A DNA stretch of 64,000 nt from the human T2T-CHM13v2.0 reference genome, Homo sapiens. The stretch lies in assembly GCF_009914755.1 (NCBI RefSeq), contig NC_060925.1. One strand, 5' to 3'. Numbering within the stretch: the first letter of the stretch is position 1; every line of letters starts with the position of its first letter. This document shows, in pieces, positions 63,705 to 64,000 of the stretch. The notes under the pieces were generated by a model that had not been told where the DNA came from, did not search any database, and saw only the letters and a program-made list of their open reading frames with translations. Made by a program: the position numbers and the translations under genes.

Positions 63705-63830
63705 GTTTTATCAATCCTTCCCATTGTAATGACAGCTAAATTATGGAAAATGCATTTTCACAGCTGGTGAGAAAAACCATTAGCATTAATCAAGGATCCA
63801 GGCTCATTGGGGATTCATAGGCCGAGTTTT
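63705..63830. promoter_or_regulatory. Putative enhancer element (SOX/MEIS/homeodomain motifs)
   Basis: ATCAAT, CATTGT, TAATGACAG, AATTA, CAGCTG, CATTAG and ATTAATCA within ~100 bp. Confidence 0.45.
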
Positions 63831-64000
63831 GTTGGTAAAGTCACGGACGTGCTGAACAGTCGTTAGTGGGGTTCACTGGAAATGGGGCCGATCATTTCTC
63901 TTCACGCCGTGCTTCCTACCAAGGGACACCTCCTTGCCTGGGGTCCAGGGCTGAGCTCAGTGCTGGGCCCCTGGTGGTCACTGCAACCCTCACCCTGTGC

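Noticed and set aside
62840-63724. 294-aa minus-strand ORF
   Set aside because: No domain; spans a polypyrimidine patch and a TG repeat, so likely chance

Overview
Primate (almost certainly human) GC-rich genomic DNA, not prokaryotic, so there are no operons, CRISPR arrays, rRNA or tRNA genes. The only supportable protein-coding sequence is a minus-strand exon (5814-6638) encoding TPR-like helices. I recognise it from memory as the 5' coding exon of TTC34 (1p36.32), with a probable non-coding first exon at about 7347-7460; the gene continues off the left edge. The other ~56 kb is gene-poor. It holds many transposon fossils (Alu, L1, L2, MIR, MaLR, solo LTR12 and MER9 with perfect target-site duplications (TSDs), MER51, MLT2, piggyBac MER75, MER53, MER1A, MER3, MER81, Tigger7/MER44) and several VNTRs, three of which visibly arose inside LINE fossils. 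It also holds short AT-rich, homeodomain/POU/SOX-motif-dense islands that look like conserved enhancers; from memory this interval lies toward ACTRT2/PRDM16. Nearly all ORFs in the supplied track are artefacts of high GC content or stop-free repeats. I found no new gene system I can defend. The best leads are a strong-Kozak uORF whose stop overlaps both tandem start codons of TTC34, an Ig-switch-like G-rich intronic VNTR, L1-born minisatellites in a nested insertion, and the putative enhancer archipelago. Repeat subfamily names come from recalled consensus sequences and need Dfam/RepeatMasker confirmation.
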